From: Candidatus Saccharimonadales bacterium
Lineage (GTDB): Bacteria > Patescibacteriota > Saccharimonadia > Saccharimonadales > UBA4665
DNA: 49,460 bases
Assembly: GCA_036384495.1 (NCBI GenBank)
Contig: DASVMD010000076.1
Span: forward strand, 1 to 49,460
Direction of reading: 5' to 3'
Below the pieces are notes generated by a model, which was given only the letters and a program-made list of their open reading frames with translations, did no database searches and was not told where the DNA came from. Both the position numbers and the translations under genes were made by a program. Every line of letters begins with the position of its first letter. The first letter of the stretch is position 1. Positions 9,236 through 17,747 of this stretch are shown piece after piece.

Positions 9236-9826
9236 ATGGCAGATCAGAAACCTCAAGATCGACGCAATCGTCGCCCCGAAATCCAACCAGAAGAAAAGCA
9301 GTTCGACGAACGCACGCTGCACATTGACCGCGTTGCTCGCGTCGTAAAGGGTGGCCGCCGCTTCCGCTTCCGCGCACTCGTTGTCGTTGGCGACCGCAAG
9401 CACAAAGTTGGTATCGGTACCGCTAAAGGCGCCGATGTCACTGCCGCTGTCACCAAAGCCACCGAAGTCGCTAAGAAGAACTTCATCACCGTTTCTTTGT
9501 ACAAGGGCACACTGCCGCACGAAGTCGAAGAAAAAGTTGCCGGCGCACACATCTTGCTCAAGCCAGCTAGCGCTGGTACCGGTCTGATCGCCGGTGGCGT
9601 AGTCCGCACCATTTTGGAAGTTGCCGGTGTCAGCAACGCGCTCAGCAAGTCGCTTGGCTCTACCAACAAGACTAACACTGCTTACGCAACCATTAAGGCA
9701 CTCGACAGCCTCGTTCCTGCCAATAAATGGGTAACTGCGAGCGCTCGCAAACCAGCTAAAAAAGCTGCTTCCACCGAAGAAAAGAAAGCTGCGCCCAAAG
9801 CAGCCAAGAAAGCGGTAAAGGCCTAA
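9236..9826 (+). CDS. rpsE: 30S ribosomal protein S5 (uS5) with K/A-rich C-terminal tail
   Basis: I chose the internal ATG at 9236 (MADQKPQDRRNRRPE...), 2 nt after the rplR stop. The track ORF from 9155 overlaps rplR. The S5 core reads RVARVVKGGRRFRFRALVVVGD.... Confidence 0.94.
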   Translation: MADQKPQDRRNRRPEIQPEEKQFDERTLHIDRVARVVKGGRRFRFRALVVVGDRKHKVGIGTAKGADVTAAVTKATEVAKKNFITVSLYKGTLPHEVEEKVAGAHILLKPASAGTGLIAGGVVRTILEVAGVSNALSKSLGSTNKTNTAYATIKALDSLVPANKWVTASARKPAKKAASTEEKKAAPKAAKKAVKA

Positions 9827-9827
9827 T

Positions 9828-10310
9828 ATGAAATTTCACGAACTACAAGCAAGCAAACCTAAAGCCGGCAAGCGCGTCGGTCGCGGTATTGCAGCTGGCC
9901 AAGGTAAAACCGCTGGTCGCGGTACCAAGGGTCAAGGCGCTCGTACAGGTTCAAAAGCCAAGCCTGGCTTTACCGGCGGCTCCAACCCGTTGATGCAAAA
10001 GCTTCCAAAGCTGCCTGGCTTTAAGAGTCACCGCGTAGCACCAGAAAACGTTTACACCGGTCAGCTCGAGCAGTTCGGCGGCAAGACCGTTGACGCCACC
10101 GTCCTTGCGGAAGCGGGCCTGATCAGCAATCCTTACGTGCATGTTAAGCTGCTCGTAAAAGGCGAGCTGACCAAGAAGGTAACTGTTAAGCTTAGCGGTG
10201 CTAGCGAATCCGCTATCGCGGCCGTACAGGCAGCTGGTGGCACATTTGAAAAGACAGCTCGCTTGAGCCGTCCAAAGACCTCTACGAAGAAAAGCGCAAA
10301 ACAAGTCTAG
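9828..10310 (+). CDS. rplO: 50S ribosomal protein L15 (uL15)
   Basis: 160 aa with L15 sequence (KRVGRGIAAGQGKTAGRGTKGQGARTGS...). It starts 2 nt after the rpsE stop, so there is no room for rpmD. Confidence 0.94.
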   Translation: MKFHELQASKPKAGKRVGRGIAAGQGKTAGRGTKGQGARTGSKAKPGFTGGSNPLMQKLPKLPGFKSHRVAPENVYTGQLEQFGGKTVDATVLAEAGLISNPYVHVKLLVKGELTKKVTVKLSGASESAIAAVQAAGGTFEKTARLSRPKTSTKKSAKQV

Positions 10311-10323
10311 CCCCTGGCGCACT

Positions 10324-10356
10324 CAAAAAAACCGGCATGATTATGTCGGTTTTTTT
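10324..10356 (+). terminator. rho-independent terminator after rplO
   Basis: The stem pairs ACCGGCAT (10331-10338) with ATGTCGGT (10343-10350), including one G-U pair. The loop is GATT. It has an A-run upstream and is followed by TTTTTTT. Confidence 0.7.
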
Positions 10357-10484
10357 GCGTTTGACTAGTCTTGACAAGCTACCCCTGTTAGGTGCAAGGA
10401 CTACAAGAGGTTACTTTTTAGTTTTATTCTGGTGTGAACTGTGGCATACTAGTAGATAACTATTTGAGGGTTAATTCTTAAAAC

Positions 10485-11972
10485 ATGAACTGGAAAATAA
10501 TTGGTAAATCGCTGACGCATCCTGATATGCGCAAACGCATTTTGGCGGTGCTTGGTATTTTGCTGGTTTTCCGTATCTTGGCGCACATCCCAGTACCGCT
10601 AGCTAACCCCGAAACACTGCACCAGGTACTGCAAAACCTGTTTAACTCCAGTAATACGCCGCAGCTGCTTAGCGTTGTGAACGTCCTAAGTGGCGGCGCG
10701 CTGGCTAACTTCTCGATCATGATTGCCGGTATGGGGCCGTACATTAACGCCTCCATTATTATGCAGCTGCTCACTAAGGCGGTGCCGCAGCTCGAGGCGC
10801 TTCATAAAGAAGGCGAGTTCGGCCAAAAGAAAATCAACCAATACACTCGTATCCTGACCTTTCCGCTGGCCATTATCCAATCTATTGGTTCAATCTACCT
10901 GATTCGCCAGGCAGCGCAGTCCATTGGCGGTATTGGCGACATTACTGCCAACGCCACGCTGGGGCAGTGGGTGCTGATGGTATCAGCGCTCACCGGTGGC
11001 TCCATGCTGCTCATGTGGCTGGGAGAACTAATTACCGAGCAGAGCATCGGTAACGGTATTTCCTTGATCATTACGGTGGGTATCGTTAGTCGTTTGCCGG
11101 CTAACATCGGTGAAATTATTAGCTCGGTAACCGAAAAGGGACACCACTGGGTAGTGTTCGGCCACAGCTTGCCGGTTAACCGCTCGGCGGTAATTTATAG
11201 TATAGGCATTTTGTTATCGGTGCTGGTGGTAACGTGGCTGGTGGTCATGCTCAACGAGGCCGCCCGAAATCTCACTGTGAACTATGCCAAGCGTGTCCAA
11301 GGCAACCGCACCTATGGCGGCATCACCACGCTGTTACCGGTAAAACTGATCACCGCTGGCGTGGTGCCGATCATCTTTGCCGTGGCATTTTTGAGTGTGC
11401 CGAGTTTTGTGGGTCAACTACTTGCTGGCGGACACAATGAAGGTCTGGCCAAATTGGGCACCAATCTTGTGACTTGGTTCCAAACACCTTCTGCCCAAAC
11501 ATTCGCAACCGAGGGTCTCAAAGCCTATATTTACCCAATTACGTATTTCTTACTGGTGTTCGTGTTTACGTTCTTCTATACCAGCATTACCTTTAACTCC
11601 AAAGAGATTGCCGAAAATCTGCATAAGCAGGGCGGCTTTATCGAGGGTGTTCGAGGTGGTGAGCAAACCGAAAAGTATCTTGCCAAAACCGTTAACCGCC
11701 TAACCTTGTTCGGCGCTTTAAGCTTAGGCTTACTCGCGCTGCTGCCAATCATCGCCCAGATATTTATTAGCAGCACGAGCATTACTATTGGTGGCACCAG
11801 TGTGCTGATCTTGGTATCGGTAGCCCTCCAAACGCTCCGTGCGGTAGAGTCTCGCGCACTGATGGTCACCTACGACCAGTATTCACAGCCCGATTTTTTC
11901 CACGATAGCGAGGATTCAGGGGCTAAAACCTCATCTCGTCGTCGGTTTTTACGTAAGCGCCGGAACTCCTAG
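10485..11972 (+). CDS. secY: preprotein translocase subunit SecY
   Basis: 495 aa and multi-TM. The N-terminus is SecY-like (RKRILAVLGILLVFRILAHIPVP...), with central motifs GISLII and NYAKR. It carries a basic C-terminal extension. Confidence 0.96.
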   Translation: MNWKIIGKSLTHPDMRKRILAVLGILLVFRILAHIPVPLANPETLHQVLQNLFNSSNTPQLLSVVNVLSGGALANFSIMIAGMGPYINASIIMQLLTKAVPQLEALHKEGEFGQKKINQYTRILTFPLAIIQSIGSIYLIRQAAQSIGGIGDITANATLGQWVLMVSALTGGSMLLMWLGELITEQSIGNGISLIITVGIVSRLPANIGEIISSVTEKGHHWVVFGHSLPVNRSAVIYSIGILLSVLVVTWLVVMLNEAARNLTVNYAKRVQGNRTYGGITTLLPVKLITAGVVPIIFAVAFLSVPSFVGQLLAGGHNEGLAKLGTNLVTWFQTPSAQTFATEGLKAYIYPITYFLLVFVFTFFYTSITFNSKEIAENLHKQGGFIEGVRGGEQTEKYLAKTVNRLTLFGALSLGLLALLPIIAQIFISSTSITIGGTSVLILVSVALQTLRAVESRALMVTYDQYSQPDFFHDSEDSGAKTSSRRRFLRKRRNS

Positions 11973-12024
11973 GATTTTGTTGTATGCATAAGCGCGATAT
12001 GATACGCTTACTAAAAGGCAGCAA

Positions 12025-13440
12025 ATGACTATGAAATACACCCGCCACGCTACCCGAACATCTTTGATAACGGCTTTTGCGATAACTGCAGTTTTACTAA
12101 CTGGCGGCATTATGATTGCTAAGATGTCGCTCCATGCTAGCGCTGCCACGCTACAGGCAACACCCTCTAACTTAAGCACTGTTTTTGGCTCGGCACAGTC
12201 GGGCGACACAATTGAGTTGGCCAGCGGAAGCTATAGCTTTAATGGCGGTACCAAATCAGGAAACGTCACCCTCAAACCTGCTAATGGGGCATCGGTGACA
12301 ATGTCGGCTACTTTTAGTTCTTCAAGCTTCATTACCCTAGACGGCATGACCATTTCAAGTTTAGGGATAGATGGTAGGACGCATGATATAAAAATCCTCA
12401 ACAACACCTTTACTGGCCAAGCCAACCTCAATATGACAGGCAATTCAAACGCCAATATCCTGGTTGATGGCAACTCATTCGATGGCATAACCGTCTGTGC
12501 TGATTGTGCTGAGGGGCGCCTAGAAATAGGGCAGTATCCTGCAGGTACTGCGCCGGTAGGCGTTGTCATTTCGCATAACCACTTTGGTGGCGGCGGACAA
12601 TCCGATGGCATACAGACGGGTGCATATGGCGTTGATATCGAATATAACACCTTCGACGGCATTATTCAGGCATCTAACTACACGCGGCACATCGATAATA
12701 TTCAAGGCTACGGGCAGTCGCACACCACAGTCAATGGCAATTACTTCAAGAATTTTGACAATGGTACGGTTATCATGATGCCGGATGGCGGTAACAGCGA
12801 AGTTTTTACAAACAACGTGATCGCTGGCGGCAAAAGCTCAACGCCATTTCAGTTAGGCCACATACAAGGTGCCACTATTAAAAATAATGTTATGCAAGGT
12901 TTTGAGCTAACTGCCTTTGTGAGCGGGAACGACAGTAGCCCCAACAAGAACATAACCATTCAAAATAACATCATGCTAAATGCAGATTTCAACACCAGCG
13001 GCTGCGTAAACTGTAACGTATCGTATAACTTATTCAATTCTTCTGCGTATGATAGCGGAAGCCCTGCCTACATAGGTACGCCGACCTTTGTGGGAGGTAG
13101 TTCGCCAACGACATATGCTGGCTACGCGCAGGCGGCAAACTCAATAGGACATGTAGGTAGTACATGGGGTAACCCGAGCACTGTTAATACTGTTCCCCAG
13201 ACCGCAGCCGAATCAGATGGCACACAAAAAGATTTCGGCCCTGACTTTTCAGGCACGGGCACTTCAACAGGTGGGGGTGGTGGAGGTACTGGTGCTACCT
13301 ATCACACAGCCCAGCTATCAGCGCTCTTGGCTCATTATGGAGCTACTTCTGGCATGACTGCTACTGACGGTGATCTTGATGGCAATGGAGCTGTTAACAT
13401 CTACGATCTTGGAATATTACTATCCAGCTATAGCCCTTAA
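12025..13440 (+). CDS. secreted/anchored right-handed parallel beta-helix (PbH1 repeat) protein with C-terminal dockerin-like repeat
   Basis: 471 aa. There is an N-terminal hydrophobic anchor/signal (SLITAFAITAVLLTGGIMIA). Repeats of the form NNxFxG recur about every 22-25 aa (NNTFTG, DGNSFDG, SHNHFGG, EYNTFDG, NGNYFKN, TNNVIAG, KNNVMQG, QNNIMLN). A Gly-rich linker is followed by DGDLDGNGAVNIYDLGILLSSY. Confidence 0.75.
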   Translation: MTMKYTRHATRTSLITAFAITAVLLTGGIMIAKMSLHASAATLQATPSNLSTVFGSAQSGDTIELASGSYSFNGGTKSGNVTLKPANGASVTMSATFSSSSFITLDGMTISSLGIDGRTHDIKILNNTFTGQANLNMTGNSNANILVDGNSFDGITVCADCAEGRLEIGQYPAGTAPVGVVISHNHFGGGGQSDGIQTGAYGVDIEYNTFDGIIQASNYTRHIDNIQGYGQSHTTVNGNYFKNFDNGTVIMMPDGGNSEVFTNNVIAGGKSSTPFQLGHIQGATIKNNVMQGFELTAFVSGNDSSPNKNITIQNNIMLNADFNTSGCVNCNVSYNLFNSSAYDSGSPAYIGTPTFVGGSSPTTYAGYAQAANSIGHVGSTWGNPSTVNTVPQTAAESDGTQKDFGPDFSGTGTSTGGGGGGTGATYHTAQLSALLAHYGATSGMTATDGDLDGNGAVNIYDLGILLSSYSP

Positions 13441-13447
13441 TCCCACA

Positions 13448-13476
13448 TTGACAGCTGCGCGTGCTGAGCATATAAT
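13448..13476 (+). promoter_or_regulatory. sigma70-type promoter, consensus TTGACA-17 nt-TATAAT, upstream of infA
   Basis: TTGACA is at 13448-13453 and TATAAT at 13471-13476, with an exact 17-nt spacer. Confidence 0.6.
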
Positions 13477-13518
13477 TTCGAATACGAATTAAACCACGCA
13501 TTTTCTCCGTAAAAACTC

Positions 13519-13548
13519 TTTACAAACTGTTGTGGTAGCTGCTATAAT
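13519..13548 (+). promoter_or_regulatory. second promoter-like element TTTACA-18 nt-TATAAT upstream of infA
   Basis: TTTACA is at 13519-13524 and TATAAT at 13543-13548, 18 nt upstream of the infA ATG. Confidence 0.45.
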
Positions 13549-13566
13549 TGATCCTTAGATATATTT

Positions 13567-13788
13567 ATGGCATCCAACAAGGAAGTAATCGAGTTAACAG
13601 GTACAATTGTCGAGACCCTTCCAGGGACTCAATTTCGTGTCGAACTCGAAAACGGCCATAAAATTATCGCTCATGTTGCCGGTAAAATGAGGAAACATTT
13701 TATCCGAATCGTCCCCGGCGACAGCGTTACCGTAGAGTTGACACCTTACGATCTTACGAAGGGTCGGATTACGTACCGCAAATCATAA
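13567..13788 (+). CDS. infA: translation initiation factor IF-1
   Basis: 73 aa with canonical IF-1 sequence (...[64 protein letters not shown]). Confidence 0.97.
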   Translation: MASNKEVIELTGTIVETLPGTQFRVELENGHKIIAHVAGKMRKHFIRIVPGDSVTVELTPYDLTKGRITYRKS

Positions 13789-13830
13789 TAATATAAGCAG
13801 TGAGTTACCTCCTGAAAGGAGATGATCCGC

Positions 13831-13947
13831 ATGAAAGTGCGTGCTAGCGTCAAAAAAATCAGTCCAGACGACAAAATCGTTCGCCGAAAAGGCCGTCTGT
13901 ACGTTATCAATAAGTTTAAACCTAAGCATAAGCAAAGGCAGGGTTAA
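13831..13947 (+). CDS. rpmJ: 50S ribosomal protein L36 (bL36), Cys-less (C-) form
   Basis: This gene is not in the ORF track because it is only 38 aa. My translation is [38 protein letters not shown], with TAA at 13945-13947. A GAAAGGAGAT SD lies upstream. Position is the canonical one between infA and rpsM. Confidence 0.9.
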   Translation: MKVRASVKKISPDDKIVRRKGRLYVINKFKPKHKQRQG

Positions 13948-13949
13948 GC

Positions 13950-14336
13950 ATGGCTCGAATATCTGGTGTTACTATTCCTGCCGAAAAGCAAGTCTGGGTT
14001 GCTCTGACCTACGTATACGGTATTGGTCCAAAGAGCTCCGAAGACATTTTGGCTAAAGCGGGTGTTGAGCGAACTGCTCGCGTTAAAGATTTAACCGACG
14101 CAGAGATTTCTCGCATCCAGGACATTATTAACGATAAGTACCTTGTCGAGGGCGAGCTGCAGCGTATGGTTGCCGGCAACATCAAGCGCCTGAAGGATAT
14201 TAAGGCGTACCGTGGCTTGCGACACAACGCTAGCCTGCCATCACGTGGCCAGCGCACCAAGACCAACGCCCGCACCCGACGTGGCAAAAAGACCACCGTT
14301 GGCGGTACTGCTAAGAAGGTAGCATCTAAGACTTAA
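13950..14336 (+). CDS. rpsM: 30S ribosomal protein S13 (uS13)
   Basis: 128 aa with S13 sequence (MARISGVTIP...YGIGPKSSEDIL...IKAYRGLRHNASLPSRGQRTKTNARTRRG). Confidence 0.97.
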   Translation: MARISGVTIPAEKQVWVALTYVYGIGPKSSEDILAKAGVERTARVKDLTDAEISRIQDIINDKYLVEGELQRMVAGNIKRLKDIKAYRGLRHNASLPSRGQRTKTNARTRRGKKTTVGGTAKKVASKT

Positions 14337-14341
14337 CGATT

Positions 14342-14758
14342 ATGGCAGAAACTACTCCAACTACAGCAGCGACAACGAGCGCTCCAAAGCGCAAGAAATC
14401 AAAGCGAAGCGTTCCAAGCGGCCAAGTGCACGTTCAGGCAACGTTTAACAACACCATCATTACCTTCACTGACGGTAGCGGCAACGTGCTAACCAGCTCT
14501 AGCGCTGGCGCATGCGGCTTCCGCGGTTCTAAGAAGGGTACGGCATACGCAGCACAAGTTGCAGCAGAACGCGCCGCACAGGCTGCCAAGCAGCAATATG
14601 GCTTCAGTAAAGCAGATGTTTTCATTAAAGGTATCGGCCTTGGCCGTGATGCCGCCATCCGCGTCATGGCTGGCATGGACATCCAAGTTGAAAGCATTAA
14701 AGATGTTACCGGTGTTCCACATGGTGGTGTGCGACCTAAGAAAGCGCGAAGGATCTAA
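14342..14758 (+). CDS. rpsK: 30S ribosomal protein S11 (uS11)
   Basis: 138 aa with S11 sequence (...VHVQATFNNTIITFTDGSGNVLTSSSAGACGFRGSKKGT.YAAQ...VTGVPHGGVRPKKARR). Confidence 0.97.
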   Translation: MAETTPTTAATTSAPKRKKSKRSVPSGQVHVQATFNNTIITFTDGSGNVLTSSSAGACGFRGSKKGTAYAAQVAAERAAQAAKQQYGFSKADVFIKGIGLGRDAAIRVMAGMDIQVESIKDVTGVPHGGVRPKKARRI

Positions 14759-14761
14759 ACT

Positions 14762-15385
14762 ATGGCACGTGATCGTCAATCTATCGTAAAAATGTCCCGC
14801 CGCGAAGGCTATGCTTTGCACCCCAAAGCGCACAAAGCACTCGTAAAGCGCACGACTATGCCTGGCAAAAGCCCTCAAGCCCGAATGGGTCGCGGCGGCA
14901 AAGCGAGCCAGTATTCTCTGCAACTTCGTGAAAAGCAAAAAGTTAAGCGCCTCTACGGCTTGCTGGAAAAGCAATTCAGTAACCTCATGAAGGAAGCTAA
15001 CCGTAAGCAAGGCCAATCCGGTCAAGTGTTGCTGCAGTTCCTGGAACAGCGTGCCGATAACGCCGTATACCGCGCCGGATTTGCACCAAGTCGCCGCGCC
15101 GCCCGTCAGCTGGTAACGCATGGCCACTTCCTACTCAACGATACTCGCGTTGATATCCCGTCCATTCGCTTAAAGCCTGGCGATACGCTAACCGTTCGCC
15201 CTCACAGTCTTAAGACCGAATATTTCAAGAACCTCGATGACGTTAGTCCCGCCCCTGGAGAAACTCCAGCTTGGCTTAAGGTCGATCGTAAGAAGGTTTC
15301 ATTGTCCGTAACTGGCCTGCCTGTTCGTGATGATGCTGAACAAGATATTAATGAACAGTTAATCGTAGAATACTATTCACGCTAA
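14762..15385 (+). CDS. rpsD: 30S ribosomal protein S4 (uS4)
   Basis: 207 aa with an S4 domain (...[24 protein letters not shown]...[30 protein letters not shown]). Confidence 0.96.
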   Translation: [207 protein letters not shown]

Positions 15386-15401
15386 TAAGGAGCCCAAACG
15401 C

Positions 15402-16358
15402 ATGCCCAATACTATTCACACTCCAGGTCTCGTCAAAGTTGACGACCATAGCGCCACCAGCGCAACCTTTGTAATCGAGCCGCTTCACAGCGGCTATGGT
15501 ATGACGCTCGGCAACAGCCTTCGACGTGTTCTACTGTCCAGCATCTCAGGTGCTGCGGTTACTACGTTTAAGATCGAAGGTGTAACCCACGAGTTTACCG
15601 CCGTTAAGGGCGTAAAAGAAGATGTCGTTGAGATCATGCTCAACCTCAAGGGTATTCGCTTCCGCGTATACGGCGGCGAACAGCAGACCCTGCGCATCGT
15701 TAAAGAGGGCAAGGGTCCTGTTACTGCCAAAGACATCCAAACCAACGCTGACGTCGAAGTTGTAAACCCTGATCACGTTATCGCCACTATCGATGACGCA
15801 AAAGGCAAGCTGGTTGTCGACCTCAATGTAGAAGTTGGTCGCGGTTACCGCACCATCGAAGAGGCAACCGCCAAAAAGTCGAACGACATGATCGCCGTTG
15901 ATGCCATCTTCAGCCCCGTACTTCGCGTACGCTATAAGGTTGAAAACACTCGTGTCGGCCAGGCAACCGATCTTGATAAGCTGCTTTTGACTGTCGATAC
16001 CGATGGCTCAATCACCCCCCAGGACGCCTTTGAAGAGGCTGCAGCGCTCTTAGTTAACCAATACACTGCACTTGCTGGTAAGACCCGTGTTGCAGTCGTA
16101 GAGGCTCCAGTTGCCGATGCAAGTGCAGACGACTCAGAATTTGGTAGCGATATGCTCGGCGACGAGCCAAACGCGCTCAACACCTCTATCGAAGACCTCA
16201 ATCTATCTGCTCGCACCACGAACGCGCTCATCAACAATGACATCCACACCATTCGCGACCTGTTTGCCCTGAATGACGCCGAACTGCGTGACCTCAAAGG
16301 CTTTGGCAGCAAAGCCCTCGACGAAGTCAAAGAAAAACTAGCGGAGCTGGAGCTTTAG
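15402..16358 (+). CDS. rpoA: DNA-directed RNA polymerase subunit alpha
   Basis: 318 aa. The N-terminal domain is FVIEPLHSGYGMTLGNSLRRVLLSSISGAAVT. The C-terminal domain is IEDLNLSARTTNALINNDIHTIRDL.... Confidence 0.96.
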   Translation: MPNTIHTPGLVKVDDHSATSATFVIEPLHSGYGMTLGNSLRRVLLSSISGAAVTTFKIEGVTHEFTAVKGVKEDVVEIMLNLKGIRFRVYGGEQQTLRIVKEGKGPVTAKDIQTNADVEVVNPDHVIATIDDAKGKLVVDLNVEVGRGYRTIEEATAKKSNDMIAVDAIFSPVLRVRYKVENTRVGQATDLDKLLLTVDTDGSITPQDAFEEAAALLVNQYTALAGKTRVAVVEAPVADASADDSEFGSDMLGDEPNALNTSIEDLNLSARTTNALINNDIHTIRDLFALNDAELRDLKGFGSKALDEVKEKLAELEL

Positions 16359-16865
16359 ATGCATCGTCACGGATATAAAGGCAGTAAGTTCCACCGTGAA
16401 CGCGATCAGCGAAACGCTCTTATCAAGGGCTTGGCTGACTCGTTGGTCAAGTACGAGTCCATCGAGACCACCTTACCAAAGGCAAAAGCGGTAGTTCCTT
16501 ACGTTGAAAAACTGATTACTAAAGCTAAGAAGGGCGACCTTCACAATCGCCGCCAGGTTATCCAGGCCTTGCAGACGTTGGAAAGCGCCCACAAGCTGGT
16601 CGATGAGATTGCTCCTAAGCTCAAAGGCCGCGATTCCGGTCACCTTCGCATCGAAAAGACTGTCAGCCGTCGTGGCGATAACGCACAACTCGCGCGTGTC
16701 AGCTTTGTCGACGATCTTTCGAGTGCGCCAGTGGCTAAAGCGGCAGCTGCTACAATTTCACCGACTCCCAAGACGGTCGCTGGTGAAACAGTAGCAGCTC
16801 CCGCTAAGCCTAAGGTTGTACGAAAGCCGGCTGCAAAGAAGCCAAGCGCCAAGGAGAAGAAATAA
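16359..16865 (+). CDS. rplQ: 50S ribosomal protein L17 (bL17) with A/P/K-rich C-terminal tail
   Basis: 168 aa with an L17 core (MHRHGYKGSKFHRERDQRNALIKGLADSLVKYESIETTLPKAK...) and a ~45-aa low-complexity tail. Confidence 0.93.
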   Translation: MHRHGYKGSKFHRERDQRNALIKGLADSLVKYESIETTLPKAKAVVPYVEKLITKAKKGDLHNRRQVIQALQTLESAHKLVDEIAPKLKGRDSGHLRIEKTVSRRGDNAQLARVSFVDDLSSAPVAKAAAATISPTPKTVAGETVAAPAKPKVVRKPAAKKPSAKEKK

Positions 16866-17329
16866 TGAAAACCTATAGCGCAAAACCAAGTGACGTTACC
16901 CGCAAATGGTACGTCGTAGATGCCAGCGAAGCGCCTCTGGGCCGCGTTGCCACTCAGGTAGCTCAACTATTGACCGGCAAAGGTAAGCCACAGTTCACTA
17001 AGCACATCGATACTGGTGATTTCGTTATTGTCATCAATGCCGAAAAAACCATTGTTACCGGTGGCAAAGCCGACAAAAAAATCTACTACAAGCACAGTGG
17101 CTTTCCTGGTGGCCTCAAAGACGCCACCTTTACCGAAAAAATGGAAAAAGACCCCACCTTCCCAATCACCAAGGCAGTCCGAGGCATGCTTCCGGTAAAT
17201 CGCCTACGCGATGACCGCTTGCTGCGCCTCAAGGTCTACGCTGGTGCCGAACACAAGCACGAAGCTCAGAAACCAGAACTAATCTCTGTGTCAGAACGAA
17301 GTTCTGCTAAAGAAAAGGAAGCTAAATAA
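16865..17329 (+). CDS. rplM: 50S ribosomal protein L13 (uL13)
   Basis: 154 aa with L13 sequence (MKTYSAKPSDVTRKWYVVDASEAPLGRVATQVAQLLTGKGKP.FT.H.DTGDFVIVINAEK). Confidence 0.96.
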   Translation: MKTYSAKPSDVTRKWYVVDASEAPLGRVATQVAQLLTGKGKPQFTKHIDTGDFVIVINAEKTIVTGGKADKKIYYKHSGFPGGLKDATFTEKMEKDPTFPITKAVRGMLPVNRLRDDRLLRLKVYAGAEHKHEAQKPELISVSERSSAKEKEAK

Positions 17330-17727
17330 TGGCTAAAGATTCATATTTCTACGCCCTGGGCCGCCGTAAGAGTGCTACCGCCCGCGTCCGCTTGCAAAGC
17401 GGCAAAGGCGCTGTAACCATCAACGGCAAGCCGGCAGAAGAGTACTTCGCAGATAGCAAGTACCTCCTCGCTAAGCTGCAGAAGCCTTTCGAGGTTCTCG
17501 ATCAAACCAACAAGTTTGATGTCAGCGTTGTCGTTTCTGGTGGTGGTCATGAAGGCCAGGTCGAAGCAATCCGTCTTGGTATCTCTAAGGCTTTCGTCGT
17601 CATGGATGAACAGCTCAAGAGCACGCTCAAGCGCGCCGACCTCCTAACCCGCGACGCCCGCGAACGCGAACGCAAGAAGTTCGGCCTCAAGGGTGCTCGT
17701 AAGCAGCGCCAGTTCACCAAGCGCTAG
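17329..17727 (+). CDS. rpsI: 30S ribosomal protein S9 (uS9)
   Basis: 132 aa with S9 sequence (...GRRKSATARVRL..G.G.ITING...GGG..GQ..AIRLGISKA...RDARERERKKFGLKGARKQRQFTKR). Confidence 0.96.
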   Translation: MAKDSYFYALGRRKSATARVRLQSGKGAVTINGKPAEEYFADSKYLLAKLQKPFEVLDQTNKFDVSVVVSGGGHEGQVEAIRLGISKAFVVMDEQLKSTLKRADLLTRDARERERKKFGLKGARKQRQFTKR

Positions 17728-17747
17728 ACAAGTGCAAAAATCCTGTT

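Noticed and set aside
13841-14056. 71-aa track ORF spanning rpmJ and the start of rpsM.
   Set aside because: It is out of frame with the clearly recognisable L36 (13831-13947) and S13 (13950-) reading frames and has no motif.
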